This document shows positions 19,637-29,104 of a DNA stretch of 32,000 nt, one piece after another. Origin of the DNA: Promethearchaeum syntrophicum (GTDB lineage: Archaea > Asgardarchaeota > Lokiarchaeia > Sigyniarchaeales > Promethearchaeaceae); assembly GCF_008000775.2 (NCBI RefSeq), contig NZ_CP042905.2, positions 840,001 through 872,000 of the forward strand, in the 5' to 3' direction. The notes beneath the pieces were generated by a model. That model saw only the letters and a list, made by a program, of their open reading frames with translations, was not told where the DNA came from and did no database searches. Position numbers and translations under genes: made by a program. How positions within the stretch are numbered: the stretch's first letter is position 1; the number at the start of each line of letters is the position of its first letter.

Positions 19637-19717
19637 TTTGTGGGAAAATAGGTAAATTTCTTCATTTGTTTATAATGAAGAAGAATCAACATTATAAAAG
19701 ATATTTTCGATTAGAAT

Positions 19718-20647
19718 TTAATTTTCAAGTTCTGAATTTTCTGATATTTCCTTGGTTTCGATTTTTTTTAAACCACGATTTCTAATTATAATCGAAAGAA
19801 TAAATCCAATAAATACTATGATTCCTCCAATTACAGTTTGCCAAGTGATAATCTCTTTTATGAACAACCAACCAAAAAATGTTGCATAAATCGGTTCCGC
19901 AGATATTATTATTGCCGTAGTTGTTTCATCGATATACTTTTGACCCCATACTTGTAATATAAATGTTAGGGTAACAGTAAAAATACCTAAATAGATTAAC
20001 ATTATCCATTCTAAGGGCTGTATAATTGAAAATGAAAAAGGTAATTCTGTAAATAATGCAATAATCACACTAATAATAAGATTTATAATTATTTGGATAA
20101 GAGTTAAAGTAAAAATATTTATTTCTTTTAGATATTTGGAGATAAATATTATATGAAATGCGATACAAACCGCTCCAATTAAATTATATACCTCTCCTAT
20201 ACCGAAGCTAAAAAATATCGTAGACCCCTCATAAAACATAATAAAAAAACCCGCTAAAACTAATAGAATTGGGAAAAAAAGAAATTTCTGAAATCGAGTC
20301 TTATAAAATATCCATGAGAGAATTGGTGTTAAAATAACAAAAAGACCGCCGATAAATCCTGTTTTTCCTGCACTTGTATATTGAAGACCTTTAGTTTGAA
20401 CAAACACTCCAATTAAAAATACCGAACTTAGAAGTAAACTCAATTTTAATGTCTTCTTGTTTATTTTAGTAGTTTTTTTTACAAACGGAAGAAACCCAAT
20501 TAAAGCGAAAGCCATTCGAAAGGCAATCATCCAGAAAATGGAGATATTTTCATTAAGTGTTTTTGTAATTGGATAGAATGTTCCATAAAAAATTGGAACC
20601 ATTGCAATCGCTATAAAAGCTAAAAAATAATTTTTCTTTAGGTTCAA
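19718..20647 (-). CDS. EamA/DMT-family transporter
   Basis: GTFYPITKTLNENISIFWMIAFRMAFAL...LQYTSAGKTGFIGGLFVILTPILSW...EPIYATFFGWLFIKEIITWQTVIGGIIVFIGFILS. Confidence 0.92.
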   Translation of the reverse strand: MNLKKNYFLAFIAIAMVPIFYGTFYPITKTLNENISIFWMIAFRMAFALIGFLPFVKKTTKINKKTLKLSLLLSSVFLIGVFVQTKGLQYTSAGKTGFIGGLFVILTPILSWIFYKTRFQKFLFFPILLVLAGFFIMFYEGSTIFFSFGIGEVYNLIGAVCIAFHIIFISKYLKEINIFTLTLIQIIINLIISVIIALFTELPFSFSIIQPLEWIMLIYLGIFTVTLTFILQVWGQKYIDETTTAIIISAEPIYATFFGWLFIKEIITWQTVIGGIIVFIGFILSIIIRNRGLKKIETKEISENSELEN

Positions 20648-20709
20648 ATTTTCTTCCTTCTGATTCTCTAAATTTTAAGATTTAAATAAATTCATTCTTT
20701 TCAATTTGT

Positions 20710-21498
20710 ATGAATGAAACCATTAAAATACTTAATAAAAGAAGATCAGTTCGAGCTTGGGAGACTACCCCGATAACAGAACATCATCTAAAAACAATAA
20801 TTCATGCTACAATGCGCGCACCTACTGCAGGAAATCAAATGTTGTATACAATTTTGCAGGTGGATGATCAAAAAAAAAAAGATAAATTAGCAAAAACTTG
20901 CGATAATCAACCTTGGATAGCAAAAGCTCCACTAATTTTAATTTTTTTGTCAGATATGCAACGTTGGTATGATTTTTATGCTAGTTGCGGTGTGAAAGAA
21001 TTATGCGAAAAGCAAAACCTTACATATCGAACTCCAAAAGAATCAGATCTAATGATTTCATCTTGTGATGCATTAATTGCTGCCCAAAATGCTGTGATTG
21101 CTGCAGAATCCTTGGGTATTGGGTCTTGTTACATTGGTGATATAATGGAAAATATCGAAATCCATCGAGAAATGTTTAATTTACCTAAATGGGTTTTCCC
21201 AATCACTATGTTGTGCTTTGGTTATCCCAAATCTAAAATTGAGAATCCCAAATTAACCCCGCGCTTTGATGAGAAATATGTGTATTATCATGATGAATAT
21301 AAAAGATTGGAAAAGGAGGATTTTGATGAAATGTTCAAGAAAAAAATTGAGGCATTTAACAATATGGAAAAAAAACCTTCCGGTGTTGATAATTTTGGGC
21401 AACAATTTTATACATATAAAACGGGAGCAGATTTTTCAGTAGAAATGGAGCGATCTGTGAAAAAAGCCATTAAGGATTGGAATGAAGCCAAATCTTAA
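20710..21498 (+). CDS. Nitroreductase family protein
   Basis: LNKRRSVRAWETTPITEHHLKTIIHATMRAPTAGNQ...AAQNAVIAAESLGIGSCYIGDI.. Confidence 0.9.
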   Translation: MNETIKILNKRRSVRAWETTPITEHHLKTIIHATMRAPTAGNQMLYTILQVDDQKKKDKLAKTCDNQPWIAKAPLILIFLSDMQRWYDFYASCGVKELCEKQNLTYRTPKESDLMISSCDALIAAQNAVIAAESLGIGSCYIGDIMENIEIHREMFNLPKWVFPITMLCFGYPKSKIENPKLTPRFDEKYVYYHDEYKRLEKEDFDEMFKKKIEAFNNMEKKPSGVDNFGQQFYTYKTGADFSVEMERSVKKAIKDWNEAKS

Positions 21499-22457
21499 GA
21501 TTTAATTCTAAAAAATCTGGTAGTTCCATAAGCTATTTCTTGCACTTTTGGATTTTGTTTGAGATTTTTTATTATTTCATTATATACTTCTTCAATTTCT
21601 GATATAGATTTTCTTCCTTTCAGAAATGTTACTATATCCTCTTCCCTCATTGGGTGCCTACCAATAATATCCAAGACTGCCTTAGTTGGATTTGATTTTA
21701 TTGAAGTAAAATCACCTGTGGGTAAATAATCCATACGTTGCGCATCTAATATTTCTCTGGCTTTTATAACAATTTTTTCATCGGGAATTTTAACCCATTG
21801 TTCTGCAGGAGGTCTTACAGGAACATTAACAAAAACTACATTTGGATGTATATTCTTAATAAGATCAGCAATTTTAGTTATACTTTCAACATTATCGTTT
21901 ATCCCTCTTACGAGCATGACCTCTAAATAGATTATCCCGGAAAATTCTTTACGAAATTCTATGTACCCTTTATACCTACTGATAAAATCAACTGAATTTA
22001 AGGGTCTGTTCATTTTTCTAAAACTTTGCTCATCCCAACTGTCGAAATTTAATAAAACAACATCTGCAAATGATAATTCTTTTCTAATTTGAGGATCTGC
22101 CATCAGCGAACCATTTGAAATTACTGCAACTGGTTTATCTTGAATTTTTTTTATTCTTTTTATGAGATCACCTAAACTCAAATAAAGCGTAGGTTCTCCA
22201 TCCCCCACTATTGTGATAATATCATATTGAGAAGAATCTATAATGTTTAAATATTCTTTCAACTCGTTTATTATATATTCTACGTTATAATATATTTGAC
22301 GTTTTCGTGTATATTCTGTAGTCCTTCCAAGTTGACAATATACACAAGAAAAATTACAAGTTTTTTTAGGAATTGGGCTAATTCCAAGTGACTGTCCCAA
22401 CCTGCGTGAAGGAACAATTCCAAAAACAATTTTATAATCTGAATTTGATTCTTTCAT
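21495..22457 (-). CDS. Radical SAM protein, COG0731-like
   Basis: FGIVPSRRLGQSLGISPIPKKTCNFSCVYCQLG (CxxxCxxC), VGDGEPTL, VISNGSL. Confidence 0.9.
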   Translation of the reverse strand: MKESNSDYKIVFGIVPSRRLGQSLGISPIPKKTCNFSCVYCQLGRTTEYTRKRQIYYNVEYIINELKEYLNIIDSSQYDIITIVGDGEPTLYLSLGDLIKRIKKIQDKPVAVISNGSLMADPQIRKELSFADVVLLNFDSWDEQSFRKMNRPLNSVDFISRYKGYIEFRKEFSGIIYLEVMLVRGINDNVESITKIADLIKNIHPNVVFVNVPVRPPAEQWVKIPDEKIVIKAREILDAQRMDYLPTGDFTSIKSNPTKAVLDIIGRHPMREEDIVTFLKGRKSISEIEEVYNEIIKNLKQNPKVQEIAYGTTRFFRIKS

Positions 22458-22555
22458 TAATTTCGCTCAATTAATATAAGTGATTTTGGTAATTAATTTT
22501 GATTAAAATTATCTAAATAAGTAAAAAAAAAGGTTAAGGAATTTTTAAAGTAAAT

Positions 22556-24043
22556 TCATGAATTCCTTCGCCGTTCTAGGAGTTTTTTTTGAACATTGTC
22601 CCATTTTTCACCATGAAGAGGGAAAAGTTTTAGTAAAATTAATACAATCAATAAACTGACACCACTAACCCCAACCATAAGTATCTTCAATCCCGTTTTC
22701 AATCCCGTATAATCAATACCCTCTCCAGCTACGGAGGGTACTAAATAATTTTCGAATCCATACCCCGTTAAAACTATAGCAATTGAAAGAAAGACTACGA
22801 TTGTGGAATAACGATTGATCAGCGCATTAACTCCATAAAATGAACCTTGCCGTCTCAATCCTGTATTTAACTCATCTTCATCAATAACTCTTCCGATTAT
22901 TATATCAGTAAAATACATTGCACCAGAAAGACCTATTCCTACAAACACCATACAAATAACGGCTGCAATTGGTCGATTATCTAAGAAGAGAAATGGTATT
23001 AAGGCAGCAATCCATATTCCTTCAGTTACCATAAAAGCGTTTCTATATCCAATTTTATTGCCTAACCATTCCATCACAGGAAATAGTGCAGCTGCTGTTA
23101 ATAAAGCTGCAAGAAGAAGAATTGTTAATAACATCTCCCCGGATTCAATACCAATAACATGAATACCGTATAAAGTTAAAATCGTGGTAAACATTTTAAA
23201 AGTAGTCCATGTAAATAAATTTGCGGTGATAAATATAATAAAGGTCTTATTTTTCATGGTTGTTTTCAAAGATTCAAAGATTCCTGGAGTTTTTTCTTTT
23301 TGAATTTCTTCTTGTAGTTCTTTTTTATCTTCTTTCATACCGAACATAAAGAATATAACCGAAAATAGAACTACAAATGCAGCGATCATTAACCCGGTTT
23401 GCAGATACATATTTGAAACTTCAGATCTAGCTTGCAATGTATCAACTTCTGGAACCATCGGATTTATAATTAATGTAGGAACAACAAATCCAATTAACAA
23501 TCCAATAATTGTGAGTAAATTTTTATATTTATTGGCTCGACCTCGGGCTTTTTCATTTTTAAACATTTCGGGAAATAGCGAGAGTTGATTTATACTGAAA
23601 ATAGTGTAGATCAAATCATAAAGCATTATAATAAAAACCATATAAATACCATTAACTATCTCTGAAGTAGGTCCAATTCTCCAAAATTTAGGGGGGGTAA
23701 ATAAGAAGATGTTAATTAAAGCAAACGGTATAAAAGAAACGATAATCCAAAACCGTCTCCTTCCGAACTTACTTTTTGTTTTATCTGAGAGAGGGCCTAA
23801 TAAAGGGTCATTAATTGAATCCCAAATTGCAAATATAATAAAAGAAACTGCCAAAGTTGTTACACCCACACCAACTACCGCAAAGTAATACGTAAAAATT
23901 AAAAATTGGAACGCTTGGTGTGACATTTGGTCCGTCATAGCACCAAATCCGAAAGCCATAGTTGTTTTTGCTGAATGCTTAGGTTGTTTGTAGTCTAAAG
24001 CAATATTTCTCGTAGTCTGAATATTTTCTTCCATAATTATCAC
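22556..24043 (-). CDS. GPH (glycoside-pentoside-hexuronide) / MFS-type transporter, copy A
   Basis: GFGAMTDQMSHQAFQFLIFTYYFAVVGVG...WDSINDPLLGPLSDKTKSKFGRRRFWI; about 12 TM segments; strongly similar to ORF 25936-27399. Confidence 0.9.
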   Translation of the reverse strand: MIIMEENIQTTRNIALDYKQPKHSAKTTMAFGFGAMTDQMSHQAFQFLIFTYYFAVVGVGVTTLAVSFIIFAIWDSINDPLLGPLSDKTKSKFGRRRFWIIVSFIPFALINIFLFTPPKFWRIGPTSEIVNGIYMVFIIMLYDLIYTIFSINQLSLFPEMFKNEKARGRANKYKNLLTIIGLLIGFVVPTLIINPMVPEVDTLQARSEVSNMYLQTGLMIAAFVVLFSVIFFMFGMKEDKKELQEEIQKEKTPGIFESLKTTMKNKTFIIFITANLFTWTTFKMFTTILTLYGIHVIGIESGEMLLTILLLAALLTAAALFPVMEWLGNKIGYRNAFMVTEGIWIAALIPFLFLDNRPIAAVICMVFVGIGLSGAMYFTDIIIGRVIDEDELNTGLRRQGSFYGVNALINRYSTIVVFLSIAIVLTGYGFENYLVPSVAGEGIDYTGLKTGLKILMVGVSGVSLLIVLILLKLFPLHGEKWDNVQKKLLERRRNS

Positions 24044-24241
24044 ATTTTAAGGTGATTTCGATTTCTCAAATACTTTCGATCAAACCTTTTATTGTTTATA
24101 CATAAAACTTTGTTTATTAAATAAATATGGTTTTAAGGTATAAACCAACTACAAAAAGGGGAAAAAAGATAAATCAATTTAATTCAATATTAATTTAGAT
24201 TAAGGTTCTTTTTCAAATTCTCTGAATTTTGGCGGAATTCC

Positions 24242-25108
24242 TTAAGAACTTGCTATTTTTGAGAAATCTCTTCCTAAAATACCCATCATCTGTTCCCGAT
24301 TGGATTCATGGGTTTCCATATATATAAATCTCCCATTTGGTAATTCTTTTGCGATTTTAGGATAATCACGCTTATAATGGATAAGATCGTTTGTATCATT
24401 AAAGACAAATACTTTTTCATCAATTTTAGATAAATTTATGAACAGTTCAAAATGACGGGATTGGAACGCCGCTCTTTTCCATTTCTACATAACTGCTTCT
24501 TGGATTAAATCCTCTGCTCGTTGTTTTTGCACTTCTTCTGTCATTTTTCTGAGCCTTAACCATTTTAATAACGGTTTTATTAAATACAGAAGCTAAACTG
24601 GAAGAATAGGTACAATATAATTAAGCATCCATTGAGGATACCAGAGTCGATGCATGGGATCAATAGTAACAATTGAAGGCGCGGTGATTGTCTTAGTCAT
24701 TAATCCTTGTAAGATTACAGCTCCCCCCCAACACGGACCCATTAGAATAAAATCATTATTACCATTTAATTCTAAAAATTTTAAAGCAACACCGACATCT
24801 TTGGCTTTCTGGTTCATGCTCAATTTTGCTTTAAATCTTTTAATTCGTCTTGTTTTCTTTTCCCTTGTTTCAATATAGAAAAATTCGACCTTTTCATGTA
24901 GAAATTCATAGAAATCTTGAAAATTTCGAGGAATTACTCCCCAACCAGGAACAAATACTACAAGCTTTTTTGAAATTTTATTTTTGGGATTTACATGAAT
25001 AACTCGAATTTCTCCATCAACTACAGGAACATAGATTATCTCTCTTGTTTCTCAATCTTCCATTGAAAAATCAGGAAAAATTGTATCTGTCCTTGTCTCA
25101 TCGAGCAT
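24242..25108 (-). pseudogene. PhaC-like alpha/beta hydrolase, one 289-codon frame with three in-frame stops
   Basis: Minus-strand frame ATG 25108 to TAA 24242: MLDETRTDTIFPDFSMED*ETREIIYVPVVDGEIRVIHVNPKNKISKKLVVFVPGWGVIPRNFQDFYEFLHEKVEFFYIET...NDFILMGPCWGGAVILQGL...PILPV*LLYLIKP...QEAVM*KWKRAAF...VFVFNDTNDLIHY...; stops TGA 25052-25054, TAG 24593-24595, TAG 24485-24487. Confidence 0.75.
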
Positions 25109-25230
25109 TTTTTAAATTTTATGCTCTTGTTCTTTTGTGATTATGAATAAACTGATCATACAAAACAGTCTTTTTATAATTTAATAGGTTAATTTTGATC
25201 GCAAATAAAAAAAAAGTAAAAATAATATTA

Positions 25231-25384
25231 TTATTTCCTGATTAAACGGGTTTCTTTCAGTTCTTTCTTCATTTTTACTAATTTCTCACCATGTAACGGA
25301 TAGAATAAGAGTAATATAATTACTTTAAAATTTTGCAATCATATCCACTGGAGACATTAAAATCTTTAGATCAGTTCGCATCTG
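25231..25384 (-). pseudogene. C-terminal remnant of a third GPH transporter (copy B)
   Basis: Minus strand GEQTWEQMRTDLKILMSPVDMIAKF, 1-nt frame shift, VIILLLFYPLHGEKLVKMKKELKETRLIRK*; matches copy C tail DLRTGLKILMTPVGMIANFVVIILLLFYPLHGEKLAQMKKELKEARLTHR*. Confidence 0.85.
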
Positions 25385-25680
25385 TTCCCAGGTCTGCTCG
25401 CCGGAACAATGACATTTTTGATTAGTTTATATTTCTTTTCAGAAGTATATTTTTCCTTGGTAAATCGATTCCTAGATTTATCAAGAAATAAAATTAAACC
25501 ACAGAAAATCAATACAACTCCAAAAATTGTTCCTAATAAACTCCAATATATTGGGATAAAAAAAATTAAACTTATTGTTCCAAGAATGCAATAGACTAAC
25601 CCATATATTTTTTCGATTTTCTTATTCTTATATCCATATGGGAATAAAATAAGAAATATGAAATTAATAATATCTATCAT
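25366..25680 (-). CDS. Small membrane protein (TM-ORF copy 1), C-terminus runs into transporter remnant
   Basis: MIDIINFIFLILFPYGYKNKKIEKIYGLVYCILGTISLIFFIPIYWSLLGTIFGVVLIFCGLILFLDKSRNR; highly similar to ORF 28437-28697. Confidence 0.55.
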   Translation of the reverse strand: MIDIINFIFLILFPYGYKNKKIEKIYGLVYCILGTISLIFFIPIYWSLLGTIFGVVLIFCGLILFLDKSRNRFTKEKYTSEKKYKLIKNVIVPASRPGNRCELI

Positions 25681-25730
25681 GGTGATCTAATAAGAAAAAT
25701 GTAAATTAAAAAACTTTTTTACATGAAATA

Positions 25731-25811
25731 TCAGATTTTTATTTCTCTTGTTTCTCCATCCTCCACTGAAAAATCAGTGACAATTTTATCTGTTTTTGTC
25801 TCATCGAGCAT
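25731..25811 (-). pseudogene. N-terminal remnant of a second PhaC-like hydrolase copy
   Basis: Minus strand MLDETKTDKIVTDFSVEDGETREIKI*; matches MLDETRTDTIFPDFSMED*ETREIIYV of 24242-25108 at the DNA level (ATGCTCGATGAGACA.., GAAACAAGAGA). Confidence 0.8.
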
Positions 25812-25935
25812 TTTTTGAATATTTTGCTCTTGGTCATCTTTAATTTTATATAAATTGGTCAAATAAAACAGTCTTTTTAACATTTTTATAAGATACTTTT
25901 GATTAAAATAAAATAAAAAAATAGAAAACTTGTCA

Positions 25936-27399
25936 TTACCGGTGTGTTAAACGCGCTTCTTTTAGTTCCTTTTTCATTTGCGCTAATTTCTCACCATGTA
26001 ATGGATAGAATAACAGTAAAATAATTACCACAAAATTTGCGATCATTCCGACTGGAGTCATTAAAATCTTTAAACCCGTTCGCAAATCTCCAACATTTAA
26101 GCCTTCTCCTACAAGGTACTGCTCCCATCCATATCCAGAAAGAACGATCATTATAATAACAAATGTCAGAATCGTTGAATATCTATTAATTAATCCATTT
26201 ATTCCATAAAACGAACCTGCTCGATTTCTTCCATTTTTCAGTTCATCTTCATCAATAATATCGGCAATAATAGGATCCACGAAATAAATTCCTCCTGATA
26301 ACCCTATTCCCATGAAAACCATACATAATAACCCGAGATAAGGTTTATTATCCAGAAACCAGAATGGGATTAAAGCAAAAATCCAGAAAATTTGAGTGAG
26401 AATAAAACCATTTCTCCACCCGATTTTCCTTCCAAGTTTCTCTAAAAGTGGAAACATAATCCCTGCAGTTAAAAATCCAACGAGTAATAATAAGGAAATC
26501 ATAAATGCATCCTCTTCGATGCCTAATACATGGATAGCATAAAGTGAGATAATTGATGTTAGGAGTTTGAAAACCATCCATTTGATGAGGTTAGCGATAC
26601 AAAAAACAACAAAAGTTTTGTTTCTTATTGTATCCTTAAGCATCTCAAAAAATCCTGCTTTTTCTGCTTCATAATCTTCTTCTGCTGATTCTTCTACCAT
26701 GCCAAGTTTGAAGAATAGAAATCCGGTTATAATTGTTAAAGCTCCCACAACAATACCTGCTGTTATGTACATACTGGGTATTTTTTCTAATATATCAGGT
26801 GGTGTATCAATTGTCGGTGCTAATGGTGAAATAAATATTGTTGGAAGAACGAATCCAACTAATAATCCGAATATTGTGAAAACTCCACGCCACATATTCG
26901 CGCGTCCACGTGCTGCATCTGTTTTAAACATTTCCGAAAAAACAGCTAATTGATTTATTGAAAAAATAGTATATACTGAATCATAAAGTGCTATAGTTAT
27001 AATCATATATAGGAATATTGCTATCTGGGTTCCATTAATCGGTGCAATGAATATAAACATGTTCATTAATCCAAAAGGGATGATACTAATCATAATCCAG
27101 AACCCTCGTCGTCCATATTTACTTTTTGTTTTATCACTCAAAGGTCCGATCATTGGGTCGTTTATTGAATCCCAAATTGCGAATATTATGAATGCAGTGG
27201 TAATATATGATATATGAAGATGTAGAACGGCGTAATAATACGTAAAAATTAAAAATTGGAACATTTGATGCGACATCTGATCCGTCATTGGACCTAATCC
27301 ATATGCGATCATTGTCTTTCTCGGCACCTTTCCAGAATACATATTTAAATTTTCTTGATCCAAATCAGCTCTAATATCTTTTACGATTTTTTCCGTCAT
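25936..27399 (-). CDS. GPH / MFS-type transporter, copy C
   Basis: AYGLGPMTDQMSHQMFQFLIFTYYYAVLHLH...WDSINDPMIGPLSDKTKSKYGRRGFWI; about 12 TM segments. Confidence 0.9.
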   Translation of the reverse strand: MTEKIVKDIRADLDQENLNMYSGKVPRKTMIAYGLGPMTDQMSHQMFQFLIFTYYYAVLHLHISYITTAFIIFAIWDSINDPMIGPLSDKTKSKYGRRGFWIMISIIPFGLMNMFIFIAPINGTQIAIFLYMIITIALYDSVYTIFSINQLAVFSEMFKTDAARGRANMWRGVFTIFGLLVGFVLPTIFISPLAPTIDTPPDILEKIPSMYITAGIVVGALTIITGFLFFKLGMVEESAEEDYEAEKAGFFEMLKDTIRNKTFVVFCIANLIKWMVFKLLTSIISLYAIHVLGIEEDAFMISLLLLVGFLTAGIMFPLLEKLGRKIGWRNGFILTQIFWIFALIPFWFLDNKPYLGLLCMVFMGIGLSGGIYFVDPIIADIIDEDELKNGRNRAGSFYGINGLINRYSTILTFVIIMIVLSGYGWEQYLVGEGLNVGDLRTGLKILMTPVGMIANFVVIILLLFYPLHGEKLAQMKKELKEARLTHR

Positions 27400-27644
27400 G
27401 ATTTAGTTTCCTTCTATATTTAGAATCTTAATATTTCTTCAACCTTGCTATATTGATATTTTTGATTTTCTGAATGAAAAACATGTTTACATTTTAGTTT
27501 TTAAGGAGACAATTCACATATTCTTCAAGATCGATTATATTAAGCAATTAATATTAATTAGATACCTATTAACATTAAAATAATATTCTTTTGATCAAAT
27601 AAAAAAAATGAAAATTTTTAGGTTACAATATTTAATACTAATCC

Positions 27645-28343
27645 ATGTTAGCAGAATTGACATATACTTTTGAAATTATAACAATTATCGCAAGTTTTTA
27701 CAGCACTTATAGAATTTTGAAAAAAAAATCTAATTTATTGTGTAGTAATTTAATGGCCGTAGCAACAGGTTTTATTGGATTATATGTTTTATTCGTTTTC
27801 TTATATGATATAATCCAAACATTATGGTCCATTGAAATTTTTCTCAGAATTGCTATGATGTCTATATTAATTGCAACTTTATTTATGTTTTATTCCATGA
27901 ATTGCATGGTTTCTTCAAGTGCATGGTTTCAAAATAAGAAAAAATGGGTGCCGTATATCATTGTAATATTTGGATATACAATTTATTTAATTTTTGCCCA
28001 TTTAGTTACCGTTGAGAGTTATAACCCTTTGAATATCAGCATTGAATTACCGCCGCTTATCATTATGGTTATAATGATGCTTCATTATCTCGTTGCAAGT
28101 CTGTCTAAATTGTTTAGGTTCGGTATAAAAAAAACTGAAGGATTCAGCCAGAAAAAGATGAAAATTTTTGCTACCGGATTAATGTTGAGTGTTATCAGCA
28201 TTTTTATTAATATTTTCAGTCAAATTTTTTCAGGTTCAAATGCCGGAGAGATTTTGGATGTAATATTCTTTTTTAGCCTTGCATGTTCAGTAGTCGTTAT
28301 AGCTTTTGGATTCTTACTCGAACCAAAAAAGGAAGCAGAATGA
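27645..28343 (+). CDS. Predicted seven-TM membrane protein, unknown function
   Basis: 232 aa with about seven hydrophobic helices (FEIITIIASFY, LMAVATGFIGLYVLFVFLY, IAMMSILIATLFMFYSM, YIIVIFGYTIYLIFAHL, LIIMVIMMLHYLVASL, FATGLMLSVISIFINIF, VIFFFSLACSVVVIAFGFLL). Confidence 0.6.
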   Translation: MLAELTYTFEIITIIASFYSTYRILKKKSNLLCSNLMAVATGFIGLYVLFVFLYDIIQTLWSIEIFLRIAMMSILIATLFMFYSMNCMVSSSAWFQNKKKWVPYIIVIFGYTIYLIFAHLVTVESYNPLNISIELPPLIIMVIMMLHYLVASLSKLFRFGIKKTEGFSQKKMKIFATGLMLSVISIFINIFSQIFSGSNAGEILDVIFFFSLACSVVVIAFGFLLEPKKEAE

Positions 28344-28436
28344 CCTCTTTAAAAAATTTTTTTCAATTTTTTTTCTAAAGGTATTTAATTTACGAGATTA
28401 TACAAATTTTCATTGACCATCGAAGGAGAATATTGA

Positions 28437-28697
28437 TTAAATAATATTTCTTATTGGTGGAGCTTGTCTGAATTGTAGTTGTCTTGATTTAGATTTATCA
28501 AGAATTAAAACGAAACCTAAGAAAATCAATACAACTCCAACAGTAGTATCTAATAAACTCCAATATATTGGAATGAAAATAGTTAAACAGATTATGCCAA
28601 GAACGCAATAGATTAATCCATATACTATTTCGATTTTCTTATTCTTATATCCATATGGGAATAAAATAAGAAGTATAAAATTAATTATGTCTATCAT
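28437..28697 (-). CDS. Small membrane protein (TM-ORF copy 2)
   Basis: MIDIINFILLILFPYGYKNKKIEIVYGLIYCVLGIICLTIFIPIYWSLLDTTVGVVLIFLGFVLILDKSKSR; paralog of 25366-25680. Confidence 0.55.
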   Translation of the reverse strand: MIDIINFILLILFPYGYKNKKIEIVYGLIYCVLGIICLTIFIPIYWSLLDTTVGVVLIFLGFVLILDKSKSRQLQFRQAPPIRNII

Positions 28698-29104
28698 AAC
28701 ACACTATTAATAAAAGTATAAAAATATAATTCTTTCTAAAATGAAAAAATAGTTTTTTTTGAACAAAGTAGTATTAAATTTCAGAGATCTACCTTAGAGC
28801 ATGTTAATTTATTGAAGAAAAGAATTGAATTCTATGACTAAATCACCCAAAAATTATATAAATCTCCTTAAAAATATTTCTCGAATTTTTTTTTTCAAAA
28901 GATTTTTAATATACAAATTTATAAAATATTTTGACAACATTGATTAATTCATATCAAAGTGAGGAAGCACGTCAACTCCATGAAGAAAAAGAACGACTGA
29001 GCTACTACGATTCAAAAGAATTGACTAATTTAAAATTCTCTGTAATATTGATGTTGATTGTTTTGTTGGCTATTCATTTGTATGTTTTTAGTTGAGAATA
29101 ATAT

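Noticed and set aside
24654-24878. Plus-strand ORF of 74 aa across the hydrolase region
   Set aside because: The minus strand carries the homologous hydrolase frame with the GPCWGG motif; the plus ORF is its shadow.
24242-25108. Pyrrolysine or selenocysteine recoding as the main explanation for the internal stops
   Set aside because: Two different stop types, a decayed sister copy next door and a Gly codon at the TGA position in that copy favour pseudogenisation; kept only as a testable alternative.
26348-26953. Small plus-strand ORFs opposite GPH transporter copy C
   Set aside because: Shadow ORFs of a conserved membrane transporter.
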